Assembly: GCA_036170915.1 (NCBI GenBank)
Contig: JAVHQC010000027.1
Coordinates: 1-47,250 of the forward strand
Source of the DNA: Cyanobacteria bacterium auto_48_18
Lineage (GTDB): Bacteria > Cyanobacteriota > Vampirovibrionia > Obscuribacterales > Obscuribacteraceae
Direction of reading: 5' to 3'
Length of the DNA stretch: 47,250 nt
Every line of letters starts with the position of its first letter. The stretch's first letter is position 1. Both the position numbers and the translations under genes were made by a program. Below are positions 9,437-20,392 of this stretch, piece after piece. The notes beneath the pieces are model-generated. The model had not been told where the DNA came from and searched no databases. It saw only the letters and a list, made by a program, of their open reading frames with translations.

Positions 9437-10201
9437 TTGGGTCAGAAAGTAAATCCTGTTGGTTTTCGCGTCGGTATTCACCGGGGCTGGGCTTCTAACT
9501 GGTTTGTTCAAAAGAAAGACGTTGCTCCTCTAATCGAAGAGGACGCTCGCATCAGAGCGTACTTGAAGAAAGAACTCTCTGGCGCTGGTTGCTCCAAAGT
9601 AGACATTTCTAGAAAGGCTGATCAAGTCACTATCGATATCTTCACCGCCAGACCAGGCGTAGTTGTTGGTAAGGGCGGCCAGGGCATCGAAAATCTGAGC
9701 CAGAAGTTGCGCGCTCTTTTGAATCGCACCGGCCTTGATATCAAAATCAACATTCTCGAAGTTAACCGCGTTGACCTCGAAGCTAAATTAGTAGCCGAGT
9801 CGATTGCGCAGCAGTTGGAAAAACGGGTGGCATTCCGCCGCGCTATGAAACAAGCCATGCAACGCTGCATGAGAGCTGGTGCCATCGGCGTCAAAATTAT
9901 GGTTGCCGGTCGTTTGGGCGGCGCTGAAATTGCTCGTACTGAATGGGCTAAAGAAGGTCGTATTCCACTGCAGACTCTGCGTGCTGATATCGACTACGCC
10001 ACTGCTGAAGGCAACACTATGATGGGCATCATCGGCATCAAAGTGTGGGTATTCCGCGGCGAATTGGAGCCAGGACAATGGTCACCTCCAAATATCAAGA
10101 CTCAACAAGAACGTTCACAAGAAGGCGGAGCTCGCAAAAATAATCAAGATGCGAGAGATCCGGTCAAGTCTGGTCGCAGACCCAGGAAGGCAGGTCAATA
10201 A
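9437..10201 (+). CDS. rpsC: 30S ribosomal protein S3
   Basis: [34 protein letters not shown] start. Confidence 0.99.
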   Translation: MGQKVNPVGFRVGIHRGWASNWFVQKKDVAPLIEEDARIRAYLKKELSGAGCSKVDISRKADQVTIDIFTARPGVVVGKGGQGIENLSQKLRALLNRTGLDIKINILEVNRVDLEAKLVAESIAQQLEKRVAFRRAMKQAMQRCMRAGAIGVKIMVAGRLGGAEIARTEWAKEGRIPLQTLRADIDYATAEGNTMMGIIGIKVWVFRGELEPGQWSPPNIKTQQERSQEGGARKNNQDARDPVKSGRRPRKAGQ

Positions 10202-10204
10202 CCC

Positions 10205-10630
10205 ATGTTAATGCCCAAACGTACAAAGTATAGAAAGCAGCAGCGCGGTCGCATGTGCGGTCACGAAACTCGCGGCGTAGAAGTGCAATTTGGCGACTAC
10301 GGCTTGCAAGTTCTCGAGCCAGCCTGGATTACTTCACGTCAAATCGAAGCTGCCCGTAAAGCCATGGTTCGTTCCGTGCGCCGCGGCGGCAAAATGTGGA
10401 TTCGTGTTTTCCCTGACAAATCAGTCACCAAAAAAGCGGCTGAGACCAGAATGGGATCCGGTAAAGGTAACCCTGAATTCTGGGTAGCCGTTGTAAAAAC
10501 CGGACGCGTAATGTTTGAAATGTCAGGCGTGGCCCAAAAAGATGCGCACCATGCGCTCGAATTGGCCGCCCAGAAGTTACCTGTTAAATGCCGCGTAATT
10601 GAAAGGCATGCCGGAGGAGCAGCAAAATGA
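10205..10630 (+). CDS. rplP: 50S ribosomal protein L16
   Basis: [22 protein letters not shown]. Confidence 0.99.
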   Translation: MLMPKRTKYRKQQRGRMCGHETRGVEVQFGDYGLQVLEPAWITSRQIEAARKAMVRSVRRGGKMWIRVFPDKSVTKKAAETRMGSGKGNPEFWVAVVKTGRVMFEMSGVAQKDAHHALELAAQKLPVKCRVIERHAGGAAK

Positions 10631-10827
10631 GAGTGCGAGAAATGAGAGAGCTTTCCGCTGAAGAGCTGAATGCACGAATTGATGAGACCCGTAAGACAAT
10701 CGTCGATCTGCGTTTTCAACTTGCTCTGAGAAAGTTAGAGAGTCCGGCAAAATTGCGCCTGGAAAGAAAAAAACTAGCGCAACTGCTGACAGTGGCTACT
10801 GAAAAAGTCATTTTCGTCACTGCTTAA
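10627..10827 (+). CDS. rpmC: 50S ribosomal protein L29
   Basis: ELSAEEL, LRFQ, operon position. Confidence 0.96.
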   Translation: MRVREMRELSAEELNARIDETRKTIVDLRFQLALRKLESPAKLRLERKKLAQLLTVATEKVIFVTA

Positions 10828-10878
10828 AAAGCGCTTTTGATCTGGATTCGAGTAAAGAGAGAGACTAAGGGGTCGAAC

Positions 10879-11154
10879 ATGCCAAAGAAGGTATTAGTCG
10901 GGAAGGTTGTATCCAATAAAATGGATAAGACGGTTGTTGTAGCCGTTGAAAGCCGTTCACCGCACCACAAGTATGAAAAGCAGATTGCCGAGACACGCAA
11001 GTTCAAAGCACACGATGCTGAAAATAAATGTCAAATGGGCGACGTAGTACGCATTGAAGAATGCCGTCCGTTGTCTAAAGACAAGAAATTCACCGTCATC
11101 GAAGTGACTGGTCATGCCATCTCGAACAAAGCCAGCGAGGTGTCGGCCACATGA
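10879..11154 (+). CDS. rpsQ: 30S ribosomal protein S17
   Basis: [24 protein letters not shown]. Start reassigned to ATG10879 behind AAGGGG. Confidence 0.97.
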   Translation: MPKKVLVGKVVSNKMDKTVVVAVESRSPHHKYEKQIAETRKFKAHDAENKCQMGDVVRIEECRPLSKDKKFTVIEVTGHAISNKASEVSAT

Positions 11155-11519
11155 TTCAGCAAGAAACCAGATTGACTTGTGCAGATAACACTGGAGCCCG
11201 CGAGCTCTTGTGCATTCGGGTCCTGGGCGGATCGAATAAAACATTTGCCACCGTTGGTGATGTCATCGTTGCTACAGTCAAAGATGCACTTCCCAACATG
11301 CCTGTGAAGAAGTCCGAAGTTGTCCGTGCAGTAGTTGTACGCGTCAAGCAAAACGTTAGCCGTCCAGATGGTTCAACCATCCGCTTTGACGACAACGCTG
11401 CTGTGATTGTGCAAAAAGACGGCAACCCAAAAGGTACTCGTGTTTTCGGACCGATTGCCCGTGAATTGCGCGACAAGAACTTCACCAAGATCATTTCATT
11501 GGCTCCGGAGGTTCTCTAA
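11151..11519 (+). CDS. rplN: 50S ribosomal protein L14
   Basis: MIQQET, ADNTGA, FDDNAAV, SLAPEVL. Confidence 0.99.
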   Translation: MIQQETRLTCADNTGARELLCIRVLGGSNKTFATVGDVIVATVKDALPNMPVKKSEVVRAVVVRVKQNVSRPDGSTIRFDDNAAVIVQKDGNPKGTRVFGPIARELRDKNFTKIISLAPEVL

Positions 11520-11521
11520 CC

Positions 11522-11965
11522 ATGACTTACAACAAAGTAAAACCGCTTTCGGTGCGCTACACCAATGCTCCTATTAAGACGAAAGTCAAAATGGGCAACA
11601 AGCAGGTTATCTCTCGCGCCCTGGTCAAACCAAGTGCCACCAACTTGGCACCAAGCTGTCACGTTAAACGCGGCGACCTGGTGATGGTAATTTCCGGTTG
11701 CAGAACTCGCACCAAAAAGAACGGTCAAAAGCTCGAAGGCGACAGAGGCAAAATCGGCAAAGTGCTTAAGGTTTTCCCTAAGCTCGGCAAAGTGATTGTT
11801 GAAGGCGTCAACGTGGTTACCCGTCACGTTAAAGCAAAGAATGCTTTCACTAAGAGCGGCATTATCAAACAAGAAGCACCACTTTTCGCTTCTAAAGTAA
11901 TGCTCTACTCCAATGAGAAGAAGAAACCAGTTAGAGCTGAGTTCCGCAAAGAAATCGGCGTTTAA
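11522..11965 (+). CDS. rplX: 50S ribosomal protein L24, extended
   Basis: HVKRGDLVMVISG...DRGKIGKV, VEGVN, EAPL; between rplN and rplE. Confidence 0.95.
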   Translation: MTYNKVKPLSVRYTNAPIKTKVKMGNKQVISRALVKPSATNLAPSCHVKRGDLVMVISGCRTRTKKNGQKLEGDRGKIGKVLKVFPKLGKVIVEGVNVVTRHVKAKNAFTKSGIIKQEAPLFASKVMLYSNEKKKPVRAEFRKEIGV

Positions 11966-12038
11966 TTCAAGATTTGGTTCAACCAACCAAAGACGACAAA
12001 GACCGTCTTAAACAGCAGTAAAAGTAAGGTAGAAGGCA

Positions 12039-12596
12039 ATGTTCGATATCAAAGAAAATTACCAAACCCAGGTAAGAGAAAGTCTGAAAAAGCAGTTCGG
12101 TTATGAAAATGACTTGCAGGTTCCCCGCATTGTCAAAGTTGTAATCAACATGGGCCTCGGTGAAGCCACCGCGAATGCTAAGGCAATTGAAAACGGCGTC
12201 AAAGAATTGGGCATTATCGCCGGCCAAAAGCCAGTGACTAATCGCGCCAAGAAATCCATCGCTACTTTCAAATTGAGAAAAGGCATGCCGGTTGGTGCTT
12301 CAGTTACTCTGCGCGGCGAGCGTATGTGGAACTTCCTGGCCAAACTGATTCACATTGCTCTTCCTCGAATCCGCGACTTCCGCGGCCTATCAGGAAAATC
12401 TTTTGACGGTCGTGGCAATTTCTCAGTTGGTATTAAAGAGCAATTGATTTTCCCTGAAATCAATTACGAATCAATCGACGCAGTTAGAGGCATGGATATT
12501 TCCATCGTCACTACTGCCCCCACCGATCAAGAAGCGTATGCACTGCTAGCCGCCATGGGCATGCCGTTCAAAAAACAACACGTAAGTAATCAATAG
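12039..12596 (+). CDS. rplE: 50S ribosomal protein L5
   Basis: [26 protein letters not shown]. Confidence 0.99.
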   Translation: MFDIKENYQTQVRESLKKQFGYENDLQVPRIVKVVINMGLGEATANAKAIENGVKELGIIAGQKPVTNRAKKSIATFKLRKGMPVGASVTLRGERMWNFLAKLIHIALPRIRDFRGLSGKSFDGRGNFSVGIKEQLIFPEINYESIDAVRGMDISIVTTAPTDQEAYALLAAMGMPFKKQHVSNQ

Positions 12597-12644
12597 TTAT
12601 TTTGCAGATGATAAAGAAGAGTCGTAAGGAGAGGAAAGCACAAC

Positions 12645-12851
12645 GTGGCTAAAACATCCATGGTTGATAAGGAGCATAAGCGCCAGGTATTGGTCGCCAA
12701 AGGCAAATACCCTAAGGTGCGCTTGCACAATCGCTGCCGCATTTGCGGACGGCCCAGAGCGGTTTATCGCGACTTTGGCTTGTGCCGCTGTTGCCTGAGA
12801 AAAATGGCTCACGAAGGTTTGATTCCTGGACTCACCAAGTCTAGCTGGTAG
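12645..12851 (+). CDS. rpsN: 30S ribosomal protein S14, short zinc-binding type
   Basis: RCRICGRPR...[13 protein letters not shown]; 68 aa. Confidence 0.97.
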   Translation: MAKTSMVDKEHKRQVLVAKGKYPKVRLHNRCRICGRPRAVYRDFGLCRCCLRKMAHEGLIPGLTKSSW

Positions 12852-12861
12852 GAGATAGCAA

Positions 12862-13263
12862 ATGCCGGTCACAGATCCAATTTCGGACATGTTCACACGT
12901 ATTAGAAACGCCATTCGCGTTCAGGCTCCGGCAGTTGAAATGCCCGCCTCGAAAGCGAAGGTAGCGATTGCAGAATTGTTGCGCAATGAAGGATTCATCT
13001 CCTCATTCGAAACAAGAGCTCTCGGTTCCCCCGAGCAGCGCATGCGTATTGTTCTCAAATACGGCAGTAAGGGCGAGCACGTCATTCAAGGTTTGAAACG
13101 AATTTCTAAACCAGGATTACGCGTTTATCGTCCATCTAAAAAAGTACCCAGAGTCTATAACGGCATGGGTGTGGCAATCGTCAGTACCAGCCGCGGGCTG
13201 ATGACTGACCGTCAAGCTCGCAAGAGCAATCTTGGCGGCGAAGTAGTTGCCGAAGTCTGGTAG
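12862..13263 (+). CDS. rpsH: 30S ribosomal protein S8
   Basis: DPISDMFTRIRNA, RISKPGLRVY, GGEV. Confidence 0.99.
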   Translation: MPVTDPISDMFTRIRNAIRVQAPAVEMPASKAKVAIAELLRNEGFISSFETRALGSPEQRMRIVLKYGSKGEHVIQGLKRISKPGLRVYRPSKKVPRVYNGMGVAIVSTSRGLMTDRQARKSNLGGEVVAEVW

Positions 13264-13290
13264 ATTTTTGATTTTCAGGAGTTAAGAGCA

Positions 13291-13836
13291 ATGTCTCGTA
13301 TCGGTAAAGCACCAATCCCAGTGCCATCTGGCGTGACGGTTCAAATTGACAATCACAATGTGATCGTCAAAGGACCTAAAGGACAACTGGCTCGCCAGTT
13401 TGTCCCTGAGATGACCTTCAAGCATGAAGACGGAAAAATCACTGTGACGCGTAATTCTGAAAACAGAACTACACGCAGCTTGCATGGTTTGAGCCGCACT
13501 CTTCTGGCCAACATGGTCAAAGGTGTCAATGAAGGGTTTGATCGCAACCTGGAAATCGTCGGCGTTGGCTATCGCGCCGCAATGGACGGCAGAAAGCTGG
13601 TGATGCAACTGGGTTATTCACACCCTGTAGAAATCACTCCGCCAGAAGGCATCACTATCGTAGTCGGCAAAGGCAACGTCATCACCGTCAGTGGTATCGA
13701 CAAGCAAGCCGTAGGCGATGTGGCATCTTTCATTCGCGAGAAGCGTCCACCTGAAGTTTATAAAGGTAAGGGCGTTAAATATGCCGGTGAAGTTATCCGC
13801 CGTAAAGCTGGTAAGGCTGCTGGTAAGAAGAAGTAA
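13291..13836 (+). CDS. rplF: 50S ribosomal protein L6
   Basis: MSRIGKAP, VGVGYRA, PEVYKGKG. Confidence 0.99.
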   Translation: MSRIGKAPIPVPSGVTVQIDNHNVIVKGPKGQLARQFVPEMTFKHEDGKITVTRNSENRTTRSLHGLSRTLLANMVKGVNEGFDRNLEIVGVGYRAAMDGRKLVMQLGYSHPVEITPPEGITIVVGKGNVITVSGIDKQAVGDVASFIREKRPPEVYKGKGVKYAGEVIRRKAGKAAGKKK

Positions 13837-13860
13837 TTTAAGAGACTGAGGATCAGATCA

Positions 13861-14229
13861 ATGATTAAGAAGCTAGACAGAAAGCTCAATCGCATCAAAG
13901 TTCACTACCGCATCCGTCGCCGTTTGTCCGGTAGCACTGAGCGTCCGAGACTTTGTGTATATCGCTCCAACAAGCATATTTATGCTCAAATCGTCGATGA
14001 CAGCACAGCCAAAACCCTTGTGATGGCTAGCACTCTCGATCCCGAAATCAAAGATAAGACAGCAAAAAGCTGGAACGTCGAATCGGCTAAAACCGTGGGC
14101 GAACTGGTGGCCAAGCGCGCTAAAGCAAAAGGCATCGATTCTGTAGTCTTCGATCGTGGCGGCTATATTTATCACGGCCGTGTCGCCGCTGTAGCTCAAG
14201 CTGCACGTGACGCCGGTTTAGATTTCTAA
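13861..14229 (+). CDS. rplR: 50S ribosomal protein L18
   Basis: [25 protein letters not shown]. Confidence 0.99.
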   Translation: MIKKLDRKLNRIKVHYRIRRRLSGSTERPRLCVYRSNKHIYAQIVDDSTAKTLVMASTLDPEIKDKTAKSWNVESAKTVGELVAKRAKAKGIDSVVFDRGGYIYHGRVAAVAQAARDAGLDF

Positions 14230-14253
14230 GTTATATAAGAGGATAAGTTCCAG

Positions 14254-14898
14254 ATGGAAAGAGACGATAAGGTTACCGGCGCTGCTGGTATTGGTGGATT
14301 AGATGACGTTGCTGCTCCTCTAGCAGCACCAGATAACGCCCGCCGCGGTCGCAGAGGACCTGGTGGTGGCAATCGTGATCCACAACGTCGCCCTGATGAC
14401 AACAAACGTGAACGTGTTGAATCTGAATGGGAAGAAAAAATCATTCAAGTACGCCGCGTCACCAAAGTGGTTAAGGGTGGTAAAAAGCTTTCCTTCCGCG
14501 CAGTAGTGGCAGTAGGCAACGGTAAGGGTCAAGTCGGCATTGGTGTCGGTAAGGCTTCTGAAGTTGTATCGGCAATTCAAAAAGGTGTTGTTGACGCTAG
14601 AAAATCACTGGTGACAGTGCCTCTAGTTGGAACTTCGATTCCCCACACCATTACCGGTAAAACCGGAGCCAGCCGCATTCTTTTGAAACCAGCCGCCAAA
14701 GGTACAGGCGTCATCGCCGGTGGTGCCGCCAGAGCTATTCTGGAATTGGCTGGTGTAGGTGACGTGCTTTCCAAATCGCTGGGATCGCGTTCACCACTGA
14801 ACGTGGCTCGTGCCACCATCAATGGCTTGAAAGGACTGAGAACCTTTGAAGATGCAGCTCGTTTGAGAGGCATCAGCATTCGTCAGTTGTTCACATAA
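14254..14898 (+). CDS. rpsE: 30S ribosomal protein S5 with N-terminal extension
   Basis: [23 protein letters not shown]. Confidence 0.99.
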   Translation: MERDDKVTGAAGIGGLDDVAAPLAAPDNARRGRRGPGGGNRDPQRRPDDNKRERVESEWEEKIIQVRRVTKVVKGGKKLSFRAVVAVGNGKGQVGIGVGKASEVVSAIQKGVVDARKSLVTVPLVGTSIPHTITGKTGASRILLKPAAKGTGVIAGGAARAILELAGVGDVLSKSLGSRSPLNVARATINGLKGLRTFEDAARLRGISIRQLFT

Positions 14899-14928
14899 TT
14901 CCAAATTTAAATTCGAGAGAGGCAGATC

Positions 14929-15159
14929 ATGTTACGCATCACTTTAACTAAAGGACTCGTCGGCAAAAGAGACGACCAGAAGAAAGTCGTTCGCGCGCTT
15001 GGCCTGGGCAAATTTAACAGCAGCGTTGTACACGCAGATAGCCCCACTATTCGCGGCATGTGCAACAAAGTGCACCACCTGGTCACAGTAGTCGAAGAGA
15101 AAGACGCTGAGAAAAAAGATGGTGCCGCTAAATCCACCAAAGCTAAATCAGCTAAGTAA
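14929..15159 (+). CDS. rpmD: 50S ribosomal protein L30
   Basis: RITLTK, ALGL, IRGM, HLV; between rpsE and rplO. Confidence 0.95.
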   Translation: MLRITLTKGLVGKRDDQKKVVRALGLGKFNSSVVHADSPTIRGMCNKVHHLVTVVEEKDAEKKDGAAKSTKAKSAK

Positions 15160-15253
15160 GCCAGACTAATTGAGTCAGAACAAATCAGATTAGATTGACA
15201 GCCGAGTCGCTTAAAAAGTTTGAGTGGCGTGAGGCAAAGGAGAACGTAAGAAA

Positions 15254-15733
15254 ATGGATTTAGAACAAGTAAGACCTGATGAAGGTTCGCGTAAAAAAAG
15301 AAAAAGAGTAGGTCGTGGTCGCGCCTCCGGTCACGGTAAAACTTCTACTCGCGGTCACAACGGCCAGGGTCAGAGATCTGGTGAAGCCAGACGCTTTGGT
15401 TTTGAAGGTGGACAAACTCCCCTTTTCCGTCGTTTACCTAAAATTCACAACTTTGATTCAGTGCCAGGACGCGACTGGGTTGTCATTAACGTTGATGCTC
15501 TCAATGTTTTGCCTGCTAATAGCGAAGTCACTCCTGAAACCCTAATTGGTCACGGTGTAATTCGCCGCCACAACGACAGTCTGCGCGTGCTTGGCAACGG
15601 CGAATTGAAAGTCGCTGTGAAGATTAGTGCTCATCACTTCTCTCAAGGTGCCATCGACAAGATTCAAGCTGCTGGTGGTTCTTATGAAGTGATTCAACCG
15701 GCTGCTCCCACAAGGAATCCGAAAAATCGCTAG
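15254..15733 (+). CDS. rplO: 50S ribosomal protein L15
   Basis: [30 protein letters not shown]. Confidence 0.99.
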   Translation: MDLEQVRPDEGSRKKRKRVGRGRASGHGKTSTRGHNGQGQRSGEARRFGFEGGQTPLFRRLPKIHNFDSVPGRDWVVINVDALNVLPANSEVTPETLIGHGVIRRHNDSLRVLGNGELKVAVKISAHHFSQGAIDKIQAAGGSYEVIQPAAPTRNPKNR

Positions 15734-15879
15734 AGATCTCTAGGCAAAAAATTACAGCCGCTCCAGATGCTTCTTTGCTTCTGGAGCGTTCTAATATTTT
15801 GCTTAGTGCGGCCATAACTACCGATATTGAACCAGGCACAGATACAATATGTAGGTGCTTTTATAAAGGGAACTGTTGA

Positions 15880-17331
15880 ATGTCTGAGAGTGTAAGCAAA
15901 CGTGGTGCCAAAATCGGCGGTCCTGAAGACTGGCTGGCATTGCTGAGCGCCCCTGGTTTAAAAGAGCGCATCATTTTCACTCTGACGATGATTTTGCTTT
16001 ATCGCTTTGGAGTGCACATTCCGATTCCTGGCGTCGATCCGGCGGCATTTGTTAAACACCCAGAGCTGGCTCAAAATTTGCTCGGCATGATCGATTTGTT
16101 TACTGGCGGTGCCTTGAACAAATTGTCTGTATTTTCCATGGGTATTGGGCCTTACATCACCTCATCCATTGTCATGCAGCTGATGACTGTGGTGATTCCA
16201 AAACTTGAGAATCTGCAAAAAGAACAGGGTGAACAAGGTCGCAGGCAACTGGCCCAAATCAGCCGTGTAGCCACAGTGGTGCTGGCCGTTTTTCAATCTT
16301 TCATGCTCGCTCAATTGCTGTCGCGTATTCCTGGCGTTGTGATTGTGCCCGGCCCGCTCTTTCTCATTAACACCACCATTATTCTTACATCGTGTGCTGT
16401 GTTCATCATGTGGATGGGTGAGCTAATCACCGAGCGTGGTGTCGGTAATGGTGCCTCGCTGTTGATTTTCCTTGGTATTGCCGCCAGATTGCCTGTGATG
16501 ATGAACAACACTTATCAAGCAGTGCAAACCGGTCAATCACCCATGTGGGGCGTGATTGCATTGGCAGTGTTTTTCCTTCTTGTTGTTGCCTTTATTGTGC
16601 GTCTGCAGCAAGGCGTGCGCAAAGTAATGGTGATGGGTTCACGTCGTAATGTCGGGCGGCAAATATTCGCCGCACCTGAAGACTACATGTATTTGCCGGT
16701 GAATCCCTCAGGGGTTATGGCCATCATTTTTGCCTCTTCGCTAATGATGTTTCCTTCCACGATCATGCAGTTTTTAGCTCAACAGAAAACTGATCCGGGT
16801 ATGGTTTTCTATCGCGTTATTAAAGATATTCCAGGCATTGGTCCGGCCTTTGCCAGCCTTTGTGAGCAGCACTGGGCAAAAGATGTCTGGGCATTTATTG
16901 TTCAAGAAACCGGTAATGCTTTTTCATATTATCGCTGGGAGCATTCTCTGGTCTATTTCTTTTTGATTTTGTTCTTTGCTTTCTTCTATTCATCAATCAT
17001 TTTGCCTGTGCGCGATATGTCAGAGAATTTAAGACGCAGTGGTAGAGCTATTCAAGGCATCAGACCAGGCAGGCCCACGGCAGATTTCCTCGAGAAGACA
17101 TTGAATCGCCTCACTTTTATTGGTGCGGCATCAGTGGCGGTGATTGCCATCGCTCCTATTCACATTGAACAGGTCACCATGGTCACTACCTTGCAGGGTC
17201 TTGGCAGTACGTCGCTCATCATTCTGGTGGGTGTGGCCATTGATACCCAGCGCCAGATTCTCACTCACGCTCTATCGTCTAAATATCAGGCCCGTGGCTT
17301 GTTTAAGTCACAAGAAAATAAGGATATCTAA
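15880..17331 (+). CDS. secY: Preprotein translocase subunit SecY
   Basis: GIGPYITSSI, GVGNGASL, IQGIRPG, STSLIILVGV; about 10 TM helices. Confidence 0.99.
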   Translation: MSESVSKRGAKIGGPEDWLALLSAPGLKERIIFTLTMILLYRFGVHIPIPGVDPAAFVKHPELAQNLLGMIDLFTGGALNKLSVFSMGIGPYITSSIVMQLMTVVIPKLENLQKEQGEQGRRQLAQISRVATVVLAVFQSFMLAQLLSRIPGVVIVPGPLFLINTTIILTSCAVFIMWMGELITERGVGNGASLLIFLGIAARLPVMMNNTYQAVQTGQSPMWGVIALAVFFLLVVAFIVRLQQGVRKVMVMGSRRNVGRQIFAAPEDYMYLPVNPSGVMAIIFASSLMMFPSTIMQFLAQQKTDPGMVFYRVIKDIPGIGPAFASLCEQHWAKDVWAFIVQETGNAFSYYRWEHSLVYFFLILFFAFFYSSIILPVRDMSENLRRSGRAIQGIRPGRPTADFLEKTLNRLTFIGAASVAVIAIAPIHIEQVTMVTTLQGLGSTSLIILVGVAIDTQRQILTHALSSKYQARGLFKSQENKDI

Positions 17332-17336
17332 TAGTA

Positions 17337-17996
17337 ATGCGTATTTTGTTCCTCGGTGCACCTGGCGCAGGTAAAGGCACCCAATGCAAAAAGCTCTCCA
17401 GCAAATATGCTTTGCTCCATCTATCATCTGGCGATTTGCTCAGAGATGCGGTGAAGAACAACACCAAGGCCGGCGTCGCAGCAAAGGAATTTATGGACAA
17501 AGGTCAGCTGGTACCAGATAAGGTATTGATTGATCTCTTCCGTGAAAAGCTCAGCCAGCCTGATTGCGCTGCTAAAGGTTTTATTCTTGATGGTTTTCCA
17601 CGCAACCGTGCTCAAGCTGAAAGTCTCGATCAATTGCTGTCTGAACTAAATCAATCGCTTGATATCGTTATCGATTTGAAAACATCAGATTCGCTTCTTG
17701 AAGAGCGTATTACCGGTCGCCGGGTTTGTCCTAACAAATCTTGCAATGCCGTTTATCACGTCAGTTTTTCGCCAGCTAAAAAAGATGGTGTTTGCGATCT
17801 TTGCGGCACTGAGTTGTCTCATCGATCTGACGATAAACCAGAGCTGGTTAAGCAAAGGCTCAATGTTTACCATGAGTTGACCGCACCGCTTATTGACTTC
17901 TACGGAAGTAAAAATTTAGTGGTCACCGTCAATGGTGAAGGTGAGCAAGAGGCAATTTTTGCCGATATTCTCAAAGCACTGAAAGTGCAAGTCTAA
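17337..17996 (+). CDS. adk: Adenylate kinase with four-Cys LID
   Basis: GAPGAGKGTQ, LDGFPR, CPNKSC...CDLC. Confidence 0.99.
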   Translation: MRILFLGAPGAGKGTQCKKLSSKYALLHLSSGDLLRDAVKNNTKAGVAAKEFMDKGQLVPDKVLIDLFREKLSQPDCAAKGFILDGFPRNRAQAESLDQLLSELNQSLDIVIDLKTSDSLLEERITGRRVCPNKSCNAVYHVSFSPAKKDGVCDLCGTELSHRSDDKPELVKQRLNVYHELTAPLIDFYGSKNLVVTVNGEGEQEAIFADILKALKVQV

Positions 17997-18025
17997 AAGC
18001 ACTTATAAAGGTCTCCTGTTTAATT

Positions 18026-18811
18026 ATGATTCTAACTAAAGCTGAAGATATCGAACTGATTCGCGAAGCCGGTCGTCTCGCAGGCGAAGTGCTCGAAATG
18101 ATATCGCGGGCTGCTGCACCAGGCGTAAGCACTTACGAGCTCGATCAAATGGCTGAAGCCGCCATTGTTGCCGCCGGCCATATACCTACATTCAAGGGCT
18201 ATCGCGGTTTCCCCGCTACGGTCTGCGCTTCCGTCAATGAAGAAGTGGTGCACGGTATTCCAAACAAAAAGAGATTGCTCAAAGATGGCGACATTTTGAG
18301 TCTTGATATTGGTGTGTCTATCCGCCGCATGGTGGACGGCAAGCCTTTTAATTACATTGGAGACACGGCCATAACGGTGCCTATTGGTACTGTAACGAAA
18401 GCGGTGCAGAAACTTATCGATGACACGCAAAAATCGCTCTATGCTGCCATTAAAGTGGCTAGAGGCGGTGCTACTCTCGATGATATTGGTGGTGCTGTAG
18501 AAGACGTTGGTAAAGCTGGTGCATATGGCATCGTGCGCGATTACGGCGGACACGGCATTGGGCCTGATTACCATGAAGAACCGTTCATCTGCAACTATCG
18601 CACCGGTAGTAAGACCAAGTTGAAACCTGGTATGGTTATAGCGATTGAACCGATGTTCAATCAGGGCGGCGACAAGGTTCGCACTAAAACAGATGGCTGG
18701 ACTGTTGTAACCAAAGATTACAGACCATCGGCCCATTTTGAGCATTCGTTGCTCATCACTGATGGTGACGCTGAAATACTTACTAAGCGTCCCAACGAGG
18801 TAGTTGGATGA
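18026..18811 (+). CDS. map: Methionine aminopeptidase type I
   Basis: [25 protein letters not shown]. Confidence 0.98.
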   Translation: MILTKAEDIELIREAGRLAGEVLEMISRAAAPGVSTYELDQMAEAAIVAAGHIPTFKGYRGFPATVCASVNEEVVHGIPNKKRLLKDGDILSLDIGVSIRRMVDGKPFNYIGDTAITVPIGTVTKAVQKLIDDTQKSLYAAIKVARGGATLDDIGGAVEDVGKAGAYGIVRDYGGHGIGPDYHEEPFICNYRTGSKTKLKPGMVIAIEPMFNQGGDKVRTKTDGWTVVTKDYRPSAHFEHSLLITDGDAEILTKRPNEVVG

Positions 18812-19029
18812 CTAAACAGGGCGTAATAGAATTTGAGGGGACCATTCGGGAATCCTTGCCCAATGCCATGTTTCGCGTAGAGCTGGATAATGGACACAAG
18901 GTTTTGGCTCACATATCGGGCAAAATTCGCAAGAACTTTATTAAGATACTGCCGGGCGATCGCGTACGTGTAGAGCTCACCCCATATGACCTCACGCGCG
19001 GAAGAATTACATACCGAATCAAAGATTGA
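18808..19029 (+). CDS. infA: Translation initiation factor IF-1
   Basis: [25 protein letters not shown]. Confidence 0.99.
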   Translation: MTKQGVIEFEGTIRESLPNAMFRVELDNGHKVLAHISGKIRKNFIKILPGDRVRVELTPYDLTRGRITYRIKD

Positions 19030-19040
19030 TGGATCACTTG

Positions 19041-19068
19041 TTGATTGGGTAGTGATTTGCGGTACAAT
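19041..19068 (+). promoter_or_regulatory. Candidate internal promoter for rpmJ-rpsM-rpsK-rpoA
   Basis: TTGATT (19041-19046), 16 bp, TACAAT (19063-19068) in the infA-rpmJ gap. Confidence 0.5.
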
Positions 19069-19204
19069 GAGACGTTTGTCTGAAGGCCCCTTGTTTTGCA
19101 TGCAAATGCGGGCAAGATTTGTCTTCGGAGAGATAAGCTTAGCATCGTTTCATCTAAGCTGAGCGAATAGTAGACCCGGCGAAAGCCGCACAGAGAGCTG
19201 GATA

Positions 19205-19318
19205 ATGAAAGTTAGAGCATCAGTAAAGAAGATTTGTGAGAAGTGCAAAGTGATACGCCGTAAAGGTCGTGTTGCTGTGATTTGTGAAAATCCGAAGCAC
19301 AAACAACGTCAAGGTTAA
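19205..19318 (+). CDS. rpmJ: 50S ribosomal protein L36 (not in ORF track)
   Basis: Manual translation [37 protein letters not shown]; CxxC...C...H zinc type. Confidence 0.98.
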   Translation: MKVRASVKKICEKCKVIRRKGRVAVICENPKHKQRQG

Positions 19319-19400
19319 GAAGTGATGAGTTAACTCTAGTTAGGATATTAGACGCATATCTTGCGCTAATTTGACTGAGTTAAAGACCATTGGAGGATAA

Positions 19401-19790
19401 ATGGCCCGTATTGCCGGAGTAGATCTGCCGAGAAACAAGAGAGCGCCAATTGCGCTTACTTACATTCACGGCATAGGCAGAACAACTGCCGCCAAAATCT
19501 GTAAGAAAGTAGGCATTCCTGATTCTAAGCGTGTTCAAGACATGACCGAAGAAGAAGTCGGTCGCGTACGTGAAGAAATCGAGAAGAGCGGTAATTACCA
19601 GGTCGAGGGTGATCTCAGACGGGTAGAAGGCCTTAACGTTAAGCGCTTGATTGAAATCAATTGCTTCCGTGGTCAACGCCACAGAAGAGGCTTACCTACT
19701 CGTGGTCAGCGCACCAAGACCAATGCCAGAACCCGTCGCGGTCGCAAACGCGTTACCGTTGCCGGCAAAAAGCAAGCTCCAGGTAAATAA
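19401..19790 (+). CDS. rpsM: 30S ribosomal protein S13
   Basis: [29 protein letters not shown]. Confidence 0.99.
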   Translation: MARIAGVDLPRNKRAPIALTYIHGIGRTTAAKICKKVGIPDSKRVQDMTEEEVGRVREEIEKSGNYQVEGDLRRVEGLNVKRLIEINCFRGQRHRRGLPTRGQRTKTNARTRRGRKRVTVAGKKQAPGK

Positions 19791-19884
19791 ATAGCAGCAG
19801 CACTAGTGCTGCAGTTATGAAATCGAAGCAGAATCACATTTAGAAACAAGTTAGACGCATAACTAAAGGATAGAAGCAGAAGCT

Positions 19885-20277
19885 ATGGCTAAGTCACCGA
19901 AGGCTAGAACGAAGAAAAAAGAACGTCGCTATGTTTTGCAAGGCATCGTTCACATTTCGAGCACCTTCAATAACACCATCGTCACTTCTACTGACCCTCA
20001 AGGTCAGGTGATCGCCTGGGGTTCCGCTGGTACAGCGGGCTTCAAAGGTGCTAAGAAGGGCACTCCCTTTGCCGCTCAACAAGCCGCTGAGTCTGTGGCC
20101 AAGCGCTCAATGGACCAGGGCATGAGACAAGTAGAAGTGTTGGTAAAAGGACCTGGTGCCGGTCGCGAAACTGCTATTCGCGCTTTGCAAAGCTCCGGTT
20201 TGGAAATCACCTTGATTAAAGACGTAACGCCGATTCCCCACAACGGCTGCCGTCCACCAAAACGCAGAAGAGTCTAA
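19885..20277 (+). CDS. rpsK: 30S ribosomal protein S11
   Basis: [27 protein letters not shown]. Confidence 0.99.
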   Translation: MAKSPKARTKKKERRYVLQGIVHISSTFNNTIVTSTDPQGQVIAWGSAGTAGFKGAKKGTPFAAQQAAESVAKRSMDQGMRQVEVLVKGPGAGRETAIRALQSSGLEITLIKDVTPIPHNGCRPPKRRRV

Positions 20278-20392
20278 GCAACTGTTTTTTTATCCCCTTC
20301 CAGAAGCCCGCATAGTTGAGAACTAATCCTGAATGAATACATCTATTGATACTAGAAGCTTCGCCGACAGCCACTTTCGTCACGGAGATAAT

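Noticed and set aside
10837..10878. N-terminal extension of S17 from TTG10837
   Set aside because: ATG10879 has the RBS and gives a normal-length S17.
18032..18745. 237-aa antisense ORF
   Set aside because: It mirrors map on the opposite strand and has no recognisable motifs.
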